In this document: positions 12,869-26,694 of the stretch, in pieces
How the letters are laid out: each line of letters starts with the position of its first letter
Position numbering within the stretch: the first letter of the stretch is position 1
Source: the human T2T-CHM13v2.0 reference genome, Homo sapiens
Assembly (NCBI RefSeq): GCF_009914755.1
Contig: NC_060931.1
Length of the DNA: 64,000 bases
Strand: one strand, 5' to 3'
Made by a program: the position numbers and the translations under genes
The notes under the pieces: model-generated
The model's database searches: none
What the model was told of the DNA's origin: nothing
What the model saw: only the letters and a program-made list of their open reading frames with translations

Positions 12869-15143
12869 CTGACATTTGTAAACGTTACTGAAGACTTTCA
12901 CTTCCAAAAGAAATCCACATGCTTAACAACAGACAAGCACATGGGGTAATGCAGGGGAACGAAAGGCCTCAATAAATATGGCGATTTAATGAGTGTCCAA
13001 AGCAATCACTTCAAAGTCTGATTTCCCTTTTTAATCAGAAAGGGAGTTAATTAAATGTGAAGTCTGAAAAAAGGCAATTCTGCACCCATATTTGTGTCTA
13101 GTGACTCTCCTCAGAGGAGAGCCTGAGGGACCTGAGTGTTCCCCACACCCTTTGGCTCTTCTATAAAAAGATGGGAGGGATCTAAAGGCGGTTTGAGTGT
13201 GGGAGTGTGTGTTGTCATCTATTTAAGATAAGTGTAACTCCTTAAACTCTGAAACTGAAAGTTTGAAACGGGAAGAATGTAATTAATGTAGTGTATGCCA
13301 TATAACTGGCAGATTATTTCTTCTAAGGTTTCACCAGTCGTTTTTCAGATCTCATATTATTGGCTTTGGGAGGCACATTTAAATTCACCAGTTGTAGCAC
13401 CTCTTTGTGAAAGGCCAGGCATCTTTTGGAAGAGGTATGTCAAGCCTGGGCCTCTTTTCTCTCTTTTGTGCTGGGGCAGGGACCATGAGTGTGGGGTGGT
13501 GGTGGTGGTGGCTGTGCCAGGCTCTGACTGTTGCTGGGTCTGGGGATGGATGATACTGGCCACTGAGAATGGTGGCAGCCGGCCAGTGGCAGCGTTCCCA
13601 GCTGGCAGGGAGGTGGACAGAGTGGCAGCAACCAGCTGGGGTGCCAATGAAAACTAGCTCACATGTTATCTTTGGCAGGCAAGCTGCTGCTTTCTGGTCT
13701 GGCCACGATGCTAGCTGGTAATGCAGAATAAATTTCATGTGTAACCCAACACACATACCCACTAATGTATGCATGCCGGACATAGGAAATATATTAAGAT
13801 GTATAATAAAAATATTATCAGTACCATATGTAAAACCATTCATTCCTCATGAGTTCCCTTCCCCACCCCATTCATTTATCTCATGACCCTGAAAAAATTG
13901 GGATTTTACATGGAGCATATTCAGGTCAATATATGCAAATCCTACACAGCATGCTACTGAGATGAGCTAAATAATGGAGCTTTTAACATTGGAGTAATGA
14001 AAACATACATGGTTGGGTCTAGTGACGTTTACATTTGTAAAAACAACAATCATTTACAGAGAAATACTTTTAGTATATTGTCTACTTGTATTGAGAAAAT
14101 CTTTATATTAACTTAGTGATAGATAAACCATGAGACAATTACTTATTTGGGAACACCTAATAATTTCTAAATTAGAGAACTCAGCTGCTAATAAAAATCT
14201 GAAATAAGGAACATCAAATTAAACTATATGCATTAAAGTGGGATAATGATAAAATATTGTTTTTATAACTGTGTAATTATTTCACAGAACTGTATTTTCT
14301 ATGAAGTGTGATCAAATTTATGATCAATAAATGAAGTATTTGGGAAAAAGAAGGGGTAAAAATGTTAAGATGTATTCTAAGATACTCTGAAATATCTCAA
14401 AAGACAAAAACATGGTTTCTTTGTTCACTTGCAAAATTAGGTCAGGGTTCCATTTTACACATGTTAAACCATCTTTTTTATCTTCCTTGTTAAGTTTTCG
14501 GCCCATCAAATGATCAAGGGATACACATCTTGACAGGACATAATCCTCTGAGCCAGTTTAAAATGTTTGTTTCTGAGTGACTGTGTTCAATTTAGAAAAT
14601 GACTGCTTAGAATGTGTGAGTGAATCATTGGAAAGATGCTTATAAAGAATAAGGCTGCCCTTCAAATGTTTTTAACTTAAATTGCTGGCGGAGATAAAAT
14701 TAATTATGAATAATTTGAAGATATACTGCATTTCAACTAAGCTTTCTACTAAGCATGGTATAAGTGTAAATAATTTCTACATAGCGCAAGTGCTAATGAA
14801 AAGTATGTTATACAGAAAGATAAAGAAGACACAATATTTTATTGAAGTTAAAGTAAATTAAACATTGTTACTTCCTAATCTCAGTCTTATAAAATACCAG
14901 ATGTTAATTTTTGCCTGTTTAGGTATGTTTCCTTTCTGATTAAGTTATTGAATAATCTCTTTCAATTTTAGAATAGAAATTATGTAACTTGTGTCTTCCT
15001 GAAAGCTTTGATAAAGAGAGAAGTTCAGTATTTACAATGGAAGGCCTTGTCCTTGAAATCGCTCTGCTTCCTTCTGATTTGATTATGTTCTGCTATTATA
15101 CATTACGATGTGGTTTTTTTCAACAGCATCTAAAAATGATTAC

Positions 15144-15291
15144 CTAGCATGTGATAAATCCAGGTCTCGTGTCATCAACATGCGCAAGCCATCTTCATTG
15201 AAAAAGAGGTTGTTTCCACTAGAAAGGATTCCACACTTTCGAGATGGTTTCCCACCACTCATTAATAAGAATCTATCAGATTCTAGCTGAC
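15144..15291 (-). CDS. RELN: Reelin exon 43 (148 nt, phase 1-2): [48 protein letters not shown]
   Basis: Acceptor attttttcag|GTCAGC, donor CTAG|gtaatc. Read by hand. Confidence 0.95.
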
Positions 15292-15776
15292 CTGAAAAAA
15301 TTGGAAAATATGGTTTACCTATGACCCCAACTATAGTGAGTTGTATTATATTTTTAAAAGGAGTATGGTAAATGCATTATGTAGTTTCAAAATATGAAGT
15401 CATAAATATTAAAGTCATGTTTTAGGATAAGAGGCCTTTTCAACATTTCAGCTTGTTTGAATTGTTTAGCCTTGGCTGGAATAATTTAAAGATTCTTGTG
15501 ATAGGAGGAGGGGGTATTTTCTTGAGTATCTATGGTCCAGCTAGATGGATCCCTCCTTTCGGCTTGTTCACACTGAAAAAAAGGACACTGGTTAGTCAGA
15601 GAGTAGTTCAGGCCATCAGGAAGGTGGGGGCTGTGTAGCCTTTCCACCAGCCTCTCTACTGTGTCCTCTCTAATGTAAGGATAGTATCAGGCAGGGACAA
15701 CAAAATATTTAAAAAAACAGTTTAGTGGGAGAAATTTCAATACCATTTATTATTGCCTATTAAATAACGCCTTTAA

Positions 15777-16095
15777 GGCTGGGTGCGGTGGCTCACACCT
15801 GTAATCACAGCACTTTGGGAGGCCGAGGCAGGTGGATCACCTGAGGTCAGGAGTTCGAGACCAGCCCGGCCAACATGACAAAACCCTGTCTCTACTAAAA
15901 ATACAAAAATTAGCTAGGTGTGGTGGCAGGTGCCTGTCATCTTGGCTACTTGGGAGGCTGAGGCAGGAGAATTACTTGAACCCGGGAGGCGGAGGTGGCA
16001 GTTAGCCGAAGATTGTGCCACTTCACTCCAGCCTGGGTGAAAGAGCAAAACTCCATCTCAAAAAATAAATAAAATAAAATAAAATATAAAATAAA
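15777..16095 (+). mobile_element. Alu (Sx/Sz-like) with (TAAAA)n tail
   Basis: Full Alu dimer; degenerate TSD aaataacgcctttaa / aaatactgtctttaa. Confidence 0.95.
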
Positions 16096-16149
16096 ATACT
16101 GTCTTTAAAAACCAGCTCTTAAATCTGTTCAGATACTCCGATTTAGTTT

Positions 16150-16556
16150 ATTTATTTTTTTCATTGTGGTAAAATACACATCACATAAGATTTACCATTT
16201 TAACCACGTCAAAGTAAACAATTCACTGGCATTTAGTTGATACACTCTGTTGTGCAGCCATCACTACTACCTAGTTCCAGAACTTTTTCATGAGCCCGAA
16301 AGGAAACCCTGTGCCTGTTAAACTGTCACTGTCCCCTCACTTTCCCCTCCTCCAACGCTGGCAAATGATAATCTGCTTTCTGTCTTTATGAATTTACTTA
16401 TTCTGAATATTTCATAAAGACAGATTGACATAATATGTGGCCTTTTGTGTCTGGCTTCTTTCATTTAGCATGTTTTTGAGTTTCATCTATGTTGTAGCAT
16501 GTATCAGTATTTCATTCCTTTTTATGGCTGAGTAATGTTCCACTGTATGGATATAC
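16150..16556 (-). mobile_element. L1MB-like 3' fragment
   Basis: ttgtggtaaaatacacatcacataagatttaccattttaacc...ggcttctttcatttagcatg. Confidence 0.8.
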
Positions 16557-16634
16557 TTAGATCTAGTTTTAAAATGTATTGTAAAACCATAAATAGAACA
16601 AGTTTACAAAAACTGAGCAAAAAGAAAGAAAATC

Positions 16635-16957
<323 letters not shown>

Positions 16958-17523
16958 TAGATGGCTATTATACTTAAGACTTTCTTTTATGGAGGTGTTT
17001 TTCCACAGTTTGATCAAAGTGCATATATAATTTAAATGCTTTTTTCTAATCATTACATTACATGCATTTTACTATGTTGTAACATTGTCTTCACACATAA
17101 TGATACTGAATTCTAGGTGTAAAACTAAACTATAGAAAGTGATGAGAGGCTATTTAAGCAGTTTGTGGTAAAGCAGTAACAGGAATTTATATTTCTGGAA
17201 ACCCTTCCATCCAAGATTAAGTCTCTATAGATATATTCTAAAATTGTCATTAGGCAGAAATTACATGTGGTAGAAAAAGTTGTGAACACAGCCTTAGTTT
17301 TTCTCAATAAAGGTCTTGTAGCATGTATCAGTATTTCACTCACTGACCATTGTTTCCAAAATGGAACCCTATAAATTCAGAACTAAATGAATTCTTGGAT
17401 GTTCACAATTGAAATAATAATGAGATATTAGAATTAAACTTAATGATTAGTTATCTACCAAAAATTGTGTTTAACATATAAGTTCTTTCACAAGACTACA
17501 TAGAATTTGTAAGAAAAGACTAC

Positions 17524-17744
17524 CTTCGAAATCATCTTTGAGAAAATCAGGATTTTTGGTGCTTATTTTACAGGTTGGACCTGAGTAGCCAGGGTCACAT
17601 ATACATTTGGTTCCATTGATACAGCTCCCCTGTCCATTACACATCTCCTCACACTGGGGACCGATGTAGACATTATCAATGGCCCATGTCACTGGCTGAG
17701 AGCCGGCAGGGTAAAATCCCTGGTACCATCTGAAACGGACAGAT
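17524..17744 (-). CDS. RELN: Reelin exon 42 (221 nt, phase 2-1): [73 protein letters not shown]; EGF module of repeat 5
   Basis: Acceptor ctcttttccag|ATCTGT, donor GAAG|gtagtc. EGF cysteine pattern. Confidence 0.96.
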
Positions 17745-18018
17745 CTGGAAAAGAGGACAAGTCTTTCAAAAGCTAATCAACAGAACAATATACCTTCAAA
17801 GTATGCACATCTGATCAATGAACAATGGGCAGCTTCTACCTATGCTCAACACCCAAGAAATAGAAAACATTTGCCATTTCAGGAACAAAACTCCATTCCT
17901 CAATCTCCAGGATTTTGCCAATAAAGTTCTTGTTTCTTGTAAGCTTTTCCTGATCCTATCAGAATGTCAATGTTTCACTTGATCTTCCCATCTTTTTCAA
18001 TATTGACTTCCTTGGTGA

Positions 18019-18348
<330 letters not shown>

Positions 18349-18369
18349 TAATACACTCTGTATAACTAA

Positions 18370-18945
18370 CCTTTTTTAAAAAAACTGAGGTAAAATTCAC
18401 ACAACATAAGATTAAGCATTAACCATTTAAAGTGTACACATCAGTGGCATTTACCACATTCATAGTGTTGTCCAACCATCACCTCTTTCTAGTTTCAAGA
18501 CATTTTTATCACCCCAAAAGGAAACCCCATGCCCATTGAACAGTTTTCCCCATCTCTCCCTCCCTGACAACTGACAACCACCAATCATTTCTGTCTCTAT
18601 GGATTGACGTATTCTGGATATTTCATATAAATGGAAAGATAGAATATGTGACCTTTTGTGTCTGGCTTCATTCACTTAGCATAACAGCATAATGTTTTCA
18701 AGGTTCATTCATGGTGTAGCAAGTATCAGAACTTCATGGCTTTTGTGACTGAACAGTATTCCATTGTATGGATATACTAGCTTTGTTTACCCATTCATTA
18801 GTTGATGGACATTTGGTTGTTTCCATTTTTTGGCTACTGTGAATAGTAATGCTATAAATATCTGTGTACAGGTAATTGCTTAAATACATGTTTTCAATTC
18901 TTTTGGGTAGAAGGGTAGTGAAATTGATGGACCTTATGGTAAATG
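18370..18945 (-). mobile_element. L1MB-like 3' fragment
   Basis: gaggtaaaattcacacaacataag...ttgatggacatttggttgtttcca. Confidence 0.8.
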
Positions 18946-19709
18946 ACAATCTTTTAAATTTTTCTATCTTACTTTCTCTTCCATAATTTTGATGGAATTT
19001 CCATTATTATAGTTATCCCAGCTGGAGTTACTTAAAAGTGTGTCTATTTCCTCTATTGGCTGTGAGCTCATAGAGGCCAATGTCCATGTCTCTTTCTTTT
19101 TTTGTACCTTTTTAAGGCACCCATATAGTGTTCACACATAGTAGATGCTCAGTAAATGTTTGTGGCATGTAATTTGTTGTGAAAGTCCTTATGAGCCAAA
19201 CTAAGGTTTTTTGGATTTTATCTCATCAGAAACAGAGAGCCCAAAAAGATTATTTTTTAAGAGAAAAAGTGGCAGAATCTGATGTATTTTTAGATTCTCT
19301 TATTTCTTAACTTCTTTTTAAGTCAAAAATAATTTTCCTTTTGAATTGTCCTATCATGTTGCTGATAAGTTAGCTCCTTAGAAATAATCTACATATTTAG
19401 GTAGCTGTCCAGAAATGTTTTAATGTATTTTATCATGTGTAAAACTCAGTTCAAAGAAGACAGATTTATTTTAGAATGGCAGGATGCAGAGATGACATGT
19501 GCACTTATTTTTGTGCCCTGTGAATCTTCCCAATTTTCAATTATCATAGAAACTAAATTCTGAATAGTTTTCTGTTTGAGAAACAGAAATTAGAAGTTAA
19601 ATACCAGGATTAAGGATGGGTAGTGGGGGAAAAATACATTTGTTAGGCTTCTAAAATTTAGTGGATAGTAAAGCGACAGATTCAAGTTCCTACATATATT
19701 TAACCCTAA

Positions 19710-20039
<330 letters not shown>

Positions 20040-21534
20040 TAATTAAACTTTATTTTCAAATACTTGTCAGAGTTTAGTCTTGGCAAGAAGCACTTCTTAC
20101 CTTTTGAACTTTCAGACTGCTGAGCTGAGGGAAATGGCTGGAGTTTTCCTTTGAACAAAAGCCTACAAGGATTTTTTTTGAACTTCTTATTTATTCAAAT
20201 GTTCTGAATACAAATGAACCACCTTAGTTGGATATTTATTATTGTTCACTTGCCTTGACACAGAAACTGCAAGCACTATGATAAATAGGCTGAAGGGTCT
20301 GGTTTCACTGTGGTTCCCTTCTGCTGAAATCTTATTTTGAAAATTTCTCACTGCCACCCTCCTTGGTGAATGTCAGCATCTGTTCTCCTAAGCCAGTTGT
20401 ATTCAAAAGGATCTGTTTTTTAAACATAAACTTAAAATTTCAAGCACACAACATTGCTTTCATTAAATAGGGGTTTTGGTTGACTCATTATGAAACTGCA
20501 TACAGCAAAAACAATCAGGAACTTTTAAAGACAAAAGGACTCTAAAAGCACACCAAGGTGATGTGAATAAAATTAGATGAAAGCTCATAGTTATTCTTTG
20601 AATGTAAATGGACTATATATGTAGAAGGAACAAAATTTGACTATTTTGCACCTGAGAACATTTAATACACTTTTTGTGTGTATCTCGTGTCCAATAAATG
20701 CAAGAAAAGAGTAATTTAAACATGGATTTTTGTATATATATATGCTTTTAGCATCCAGCACTTGTGCCATTACTATGTACCATGTTGAATACCAACCAAG
20801 GGATGGTTCACTGAGTTGGAGAAAATTTAACTTTTGCCTTCCAGCCATTCATGCCTGCATGGGTTTTAAGAAGAGTGCTAATTCTTTTCCTGAAACAAGG
20901 ACTAGACAACACCCTTAAGGCAAATTTTTCTCTTCACAGAAATGGTTGAAGGCAGTTTGAAACGTGGGTTTATACCATTCTGAGAACAGGCATGCATGCC
21001 TCCTTGATACATTTACTTTCTTTTCATGGAAATAAAAATGACATGGAATACAAATAATGTGACAGTCTAGGTTCTGTACGCTATTATTGTGTTTTGTAAG
21101 TGGCTTTGTACCAGTGGGTGAAAATATAGATGTCTGCAAGTCTCTTGTTCAGATTTCCAAATTATATTGTCTTGCCTTACGTGGAAACACAGCACAGTGG
21201 GCATTACCAATGCTGAGCGAGGTGGTCTCTGTGACGCTGGAGCACTCCCCTGGCATGGACATCTTCACTCAGTGCCTCTGACTGGCAGGTCTTTGTCATC
21301 TTGTTTCATACGCCTTTAGATGGGATTATTTCCAAGTGGGAACTTGCTGAAGCAAGTCTCAGTTGGCAAAACAATCTAAAATCGTAACCTACAATCTATC
21401 TTTAGGGTCGTTCGTTTTCTATTTAATTCTTAGCTGGATAATTGGAGGAAATTAGAGGTCCATTAAACAGAAAACCTAGTGTTTGTCCATAATACCATAA
21501 GGGAGTTCAGTGGACTGCTCTGTATCTAGAAGCC

Positions 21535-21896
21535 TGTCTTACTCCATTCAGGCTGCTGTAACAAAATACCATAAATCGGGTGGCTTATAAATAACAGAAA
21601 TTTATTTCTCACACTTGTGGAGTAGCTGGGAAGTCCAAGATAAAGGAGCCAGCACCTCAGTGTCTGGTGAGGACTCACTTTGTGGTTTATGGATGCTGCC
21701 TTCCTGCTGGGTCCTCACATGGTGGAAGAGGCAAGGCAGTCCACTGGGGTCTCTTTTATAAGGGCACTGATGCCAATCATGAGGGCTCCACTTTCATGAA
21801 CTAATTGCCCCCTAAAATGCCCCATCTCCTTATTCCATTACCTTCAGGGGAATGAATTGAGACATGTGAATTTCAACAAAAATTCAGGCCATAGCA
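21535..21896 (-). mobile_element. MLT1A-like MaLR solo LTR
   Basis: tgtcttactccattcaggctgctgtaacaaaatacc...aattcaggccatagca (TG...CA ends). Confidence 0.85.
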
Positions 21897-23466
21897 GTGC
21901 CTAAGCTATCTAGGCCTTTCCCCTTGCCTGTCCTGCTCATAGGCATGGTTTTTCGACAGCTATGCTTCTCTTGGAACACTTGGCTTTCAGGCTACAGCTG
22001 ATAGGTTCAGATTTGAAAATTTGGAATTAAGAGCTCCAGAAAATGAAAGCTCTGGTTTGCCAAGTGATGTTAATGTGAACACAATAAAAACAAGGATCAT
22101 AAACTTCTGTTGCTAAGTCCCCCACACTTTCTGAGTGAAGTCCATGCCATTCCCCAGTATCTTTCCAATAAGTTCTTTCACCTTTTTGGTAAGCCTCTTT
22201 ATATTTCTTGCAACATATGATCTTAAATAATACAACCATTTCGAATAAAAACTTTTTCCTGGATTATTTTCCCCTGCCAGATTCTTCTAAAGACAAGCTC
22301 CCCACAACCAGTGGTAGCTTTCTGGTTTTGCTGGCTGTGTCATCAGCTCCATCTATTCCTATGATCTCCAGAGACACTCTTTGCCTCCTCTGGCTATCAG
22401 TTCTTGAGGACTTTTTGCTTAGTGATGCTTATTTTTAAAAAGATAGTTGGATTTCCTATGAGAATCATATCCTGGCATAATCGCAAGAATTAGTAAATTA
22501 TATATTCAACAACCCAAAATATTAAAATCCTTAGCAATCAATTTATAAAAGTTATGCTGATGATATAATGAGGAGTGGATAGATTCATGTTCAAAGAGAT
22601 GCAGACTTTAAAAAATTCACTTTCACCCTTTTGGAAAAGTACTAGGTATTAGTAGTCTTGTTTGAAGACTCAAGACTTCTAATTATGCTCCATTTCACAG
22701 CAGGAATATAAATCTATTTCCATCTTGAAAGTATGATATTAGTACTTTCTTCTTTTTTGACATACTCTGAAAGAAAACATTCTTAATTCTGAGAGAAAAA
22801 ACAGAAATTTGGAGGCAGACTGCTCTGTTGACTTCCTCTCTTTGTTCACTTTTATTATCAGTTTTGTTTTTTGAAATATACTTTTCATTTCATTTCTCTT
22901 AGGGGTGAAGTCCTTTATCTCTAAGTTGCTTTTCAGCAGAAGAGTCAAATAAATGTAACAAGAATGCTGAGAGAGGTTGGAAAAGTAGAGATGCCTGGGG
23001 GCAACGTGCTAACTTTTTTTTTTTTTTTTTTTAATGAGACACCAGGAATATTCTGTGGGCTTCTATGCTCCCTATATACACTCTCCCTGCATGACAGACA
23101 TAGGCAGGTGTTTGAAAGTCATAATATTCTAGCTGCATTTATATTGTCAGGTGGGAGTAGGCAGGAGGAACGCGTGGAAAACCTTATTTTTGTTGTGTTC
23201 TAATTGATCTAACAGAATTTCACAAGGATGTGAACCCCACTACAGGGTGCAGCCCATGGTGTCCTGTTCAAATCTACCTTCCAACTAGAAATTAGTAGTT
23301 ATGTCAGCTCCGTGTCCTACATTTTAAATATCCACTGATCTGCTTGAGAACAGAGGAAGAAACGTCAGGTGGAAATTTCCTCATGATAAAGTGGCAAGTG
23401 AACGATGACTTCAGGAATAAACTGTCAAAGGAGAAACAAATGTGGCGTCAAGCAGCGGGTCCTTAC

Positions 23467-23696
23467 CCACAAAGGTGCAGCTTCCCAAAGTGCACGACCT
23501 CCCTCCTCCAGCCCTGCATGGTTCCTGCGTAGTAGGTGCTGCTGGGGTGGTGCTCGGTGGAGCATAAAGAGCTGACGTGGCTGCTGCTGTGGTAGCAGAG
23601 GGGCAGCAGAAGGTGCCAGGTCGCCCCGAAGTCCCTTGAAAATTCCAGTCTCACTGGATCCGCGGATGAGCTATCAGTCGAACAGCCAACGTTGAT
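23467..23696 (-). CDS. RELN: Reelin exon 41 (230 nt, phase 0-2): [76 protein letters not shown]
   Basis: Acceptor ttcatccccaag|ATCAAC, donor GTGG|gtaagg. BNR motif [10 protein letters not shown]. Confidence 0.96.
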
Positions 23697-24204
23697 CTTG
23701 GGGATGAAGAAAAAAATGATACAAATTACCTCAGAGCAACAAGCCTTGAAATGATTCACCACTTCATTATTTTCTAGGGTCCATTTTCCTGGGAACTGTC
23801 TTGCTGAAATATTTAATACTATAAAATTATGTTTTGCCTTACTGAGTAATATTGTATATTACCTTGAAATTATAATTTTTCATAAAGAACCTCAAAGGGC
23901 CTCATGAAAAATTTATTTCCCTTCATTTTATAAAAAGCAGGAAGTGGGTAAGGCAGAGGCTGGGACAATTCCAAATTTTACCTTTGGCCCATTTTCCTAG
24001 CCAAGCCAAGTAAATCACAGTGAAAAGACTGTTTCCCTAATCCTAACTGTTACCTTCCCCCCCATCTAGGTAGGATACCTTCTATTTTCCTTCTTATGAC
24101 ACCTTCCAAATAATCCTAAGAGTTTTACACATGAATCTGCAATGAATATTCAATATCAAAAGAGAATACAATCATTGTCATCATTTCCCTGGCACAGGGA
24201 AAGA

Positions 24205-24555
24205 TTTTTTTAAAATTATATATACTTAAGGTGTACCCATACTGTTTTGATATGATATACAAAGTGAAATAATTACTACGGCCAAGTGAATTAACCTATC
24301 TATCACCTTCCATAGTTACCTTCTGTGTGTGTGTGTGGGTGTGTGTGTGTGTGTGTGTGGTAAGAGCATCTAAAATCTATTAACACATTTTCAGCATACA
24401 TTATTATATTATTAACTATGGTCTTCATGCTGTGCATTGGATCTCTAGACGTACTCATCCTTCATAACTGCAAGCTTGTCTCCTCTCACCTACTTCTTCC
24501 CACATCCTTCTCCTCCCCACCCTGGTATCCACCAGTGTATTCTGTCTTTATGTAA
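24205..24555 (-). mobile_element. L1MA-like 3' fragment containing a (TG)n microsatellite (~24323-24359)
   Basis: tatatacttaaggtgtac...aattactac...aactatggtcttcatgctgtgcattggatctctaga. Confidence 0.7.
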
Positions 24556-24897
24556 AGACCTTTTTAACCATTAGGAAAACAACCACTCCATTCCTTTTCC
24601 CATGCTTTCAAGTGCATTAAAATAAATTATATAAATGCACGCAATTCTTTCTATAAAAAATTTCCCCTCTCCAATTGAGATGAACATTTTCTTACTATCA
24701 TGCCATCAAAGCATAGGAACCACTTATTGATATACACAGTAACACATAACCATCTATAGTTATAGTTATATACAATAAATATACACTATACATATTATGT
24801 GTGTGTAGATATGTGAACTTACATAACTTTTAACTTCTGATGAGTAAACTATTGACATTTGATAAACTTTCGAATATAGGCACTTGTTTCTTCCTGA

Positions 24898-25199
<302 letters not shown>

Positions 25200-25860
25200 G
25201 ATAATAGAACTCTTAAAGGTGCTAAAGATGTCATCTTTTATTAGCTATGAAAAAAATATTCTGAAAAGTTAATATTCTAAAACGCTGGTATAATATACCT
25301 TTGGTTCTGCTGATTTTATCTAAGTTTTTGAAATATATAAATATTTTTATGTTAATTATTAATTTGCTCTCTTGACAAATAAAAGGAGTGCATAAATATT
25401 AATAAAATACACAAATACATTTGAAATTATAAAACAGTATTATCTGTAAAATTAATAACATCATGACAAATATTATATAAATAAATATCCTAGCATGGCA
25501 TAGACTATAGTTACATTGACCTAGTCCCTAAGAAATTTTAAGTTTCACATAAAAAGTGTGGAAATATAATACAAGAATAGTATGAGCCTTTTCATTTTTA
25601 TAATGTTTAAAATAATTTATTTCAACTTCCCATTGTAGCAGGTGGGGAAACTACATCATAAAGGATAATAATTCAGAAATAAACCTTAGTATGACAATTG
25701 GCTCTGTTAATAAGAGAAAATTATGATGCCAAAATCTCTTACATCCTTGCACAAAAATGGGAGGTCATAATGCATGAAATTATCTGAGATTTTCCTCCCC
25801 TTTCCTAGGTTTTGTTCAATATAAAATTTAAAGCATTTATTATAGAACAAAGTCAAGTAC

Positions 25861-25963
25861 CTCAAATTGTATGATGGTGTTCTCATTCACATTTAGGTCA
25901 CGGGTGGTAATGGAATGCTCACCAACTTCATTTGAAACAAACACCATAGCTGAATCTTCTTCA
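25861..25963 (-). CDS. RELN: Reelin exon 40 (103 nt, phase 2-0): [34 protein letters not shown]
   Basis: Acceptor cctgtgtaacag|TGAAGA, donor TGAG|gtactt. Preceded by a 96-nt intron. Confidence 0.95.
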
Positions 25964-26059
25964 CTGTTACACAGGAAAACAACCAGGAATCCATTTAGGC
26001 AAAAGTTCATCATGATTTGTATACAGCAGTGGTTTTATTTTTAGATTCTTAATACTTAC

Positions 26060-26231
26060 GGTGCCCCCTTTGAAGAATATGGACAATAAAGACCGATGTT
26101 ACCACCAGGATAGAAAAACCAATTGTCTTCTCTGGGCCCAAAATCAAATGTATCCAAGAGCATCACAGGGTTGTTTACATTATTTCCATCGATAATGAAG
26201 TCATCAACAATCCAGATTTCTTCTTTCTTAC
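26060..26231 (-). CDS. RELN: Reelin exon 39 (172 nt, phase 1-2): [56 protein letters not shown]; repeat 4/5 boundary
   Basis: Acceptor aaatgccttag|GTAAGA, donor CACC|gtaagt. Frame continuous with exons 38 and 40. Confidence 0.95.
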
Positions 26232-26355
26232 CTAAGGCATTTTTGGATAAAGCAAGTTTTTCCAGTGATGAAAATCAAATGAACACTTTTGCTCATTGAA
26301 AGAAAGCAAAGGACAAAAGCAACTCAGTAACAATAGGTTAAACATATGCCTTCTA

Positions 26356-26592
26356 CAGGAGGATTGTTTGAGCCCAGGAGTTCAAGACCAGCCTGAGCAA
26401 CATAGTAAGGGCCTATCTCTACAAAAAATAAAAAAAATTAGCCAGGTGTGTTTGTGCATGCCTGTAGTCCCAGCTACTCAGGAGGCTGAGGTGGGAGGAC
26501 TGCTTGGGTCCAGGAGTTTGAGGTTACAGTGAGCTGTGACCATGCCACTGCACTCCAGCCTGGGCAACAGAGCAAGACCATGTCTCAAAAAA
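26356..26592 (+). mobile_element. Alu (J-like), 5'-truncated
   Basis: ggaggattgtttgagcccaggagttcaagaccagcc...gaccatgtctcaaaaaa. Confidence 0.9.
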
Positions 26593-26694
26593 GAACCACA
26601 CAAACCACCCCCCGCCAAACCCATATACTTTCTGGGGGAAAAAAAAAACATAAAGTACTTGTCAGTACTTTGTATATTGTCAGTGATTAAAACT

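Noticed and set aside
13295-13843. Overlapping 96-152 aa ORFs with poly-His, poly-Thr, poly-Pro or poly-Val runs, suggesting a retrogene
   Set aside because: The runs come from one (GGT)n repeat read in different frames. I recognise no protein family, poly-A tail or TSD. High GC explains the open frames.
21170-21300. GC-richer patch with a CTCF-like string (atgccaggggagtgc on the minus strand) and a donor-like CAC|GTAAGG
   Set aside because: Several mismatches to the CTCF core and no convincing upstream acceptor; not supportable from sequence alone.
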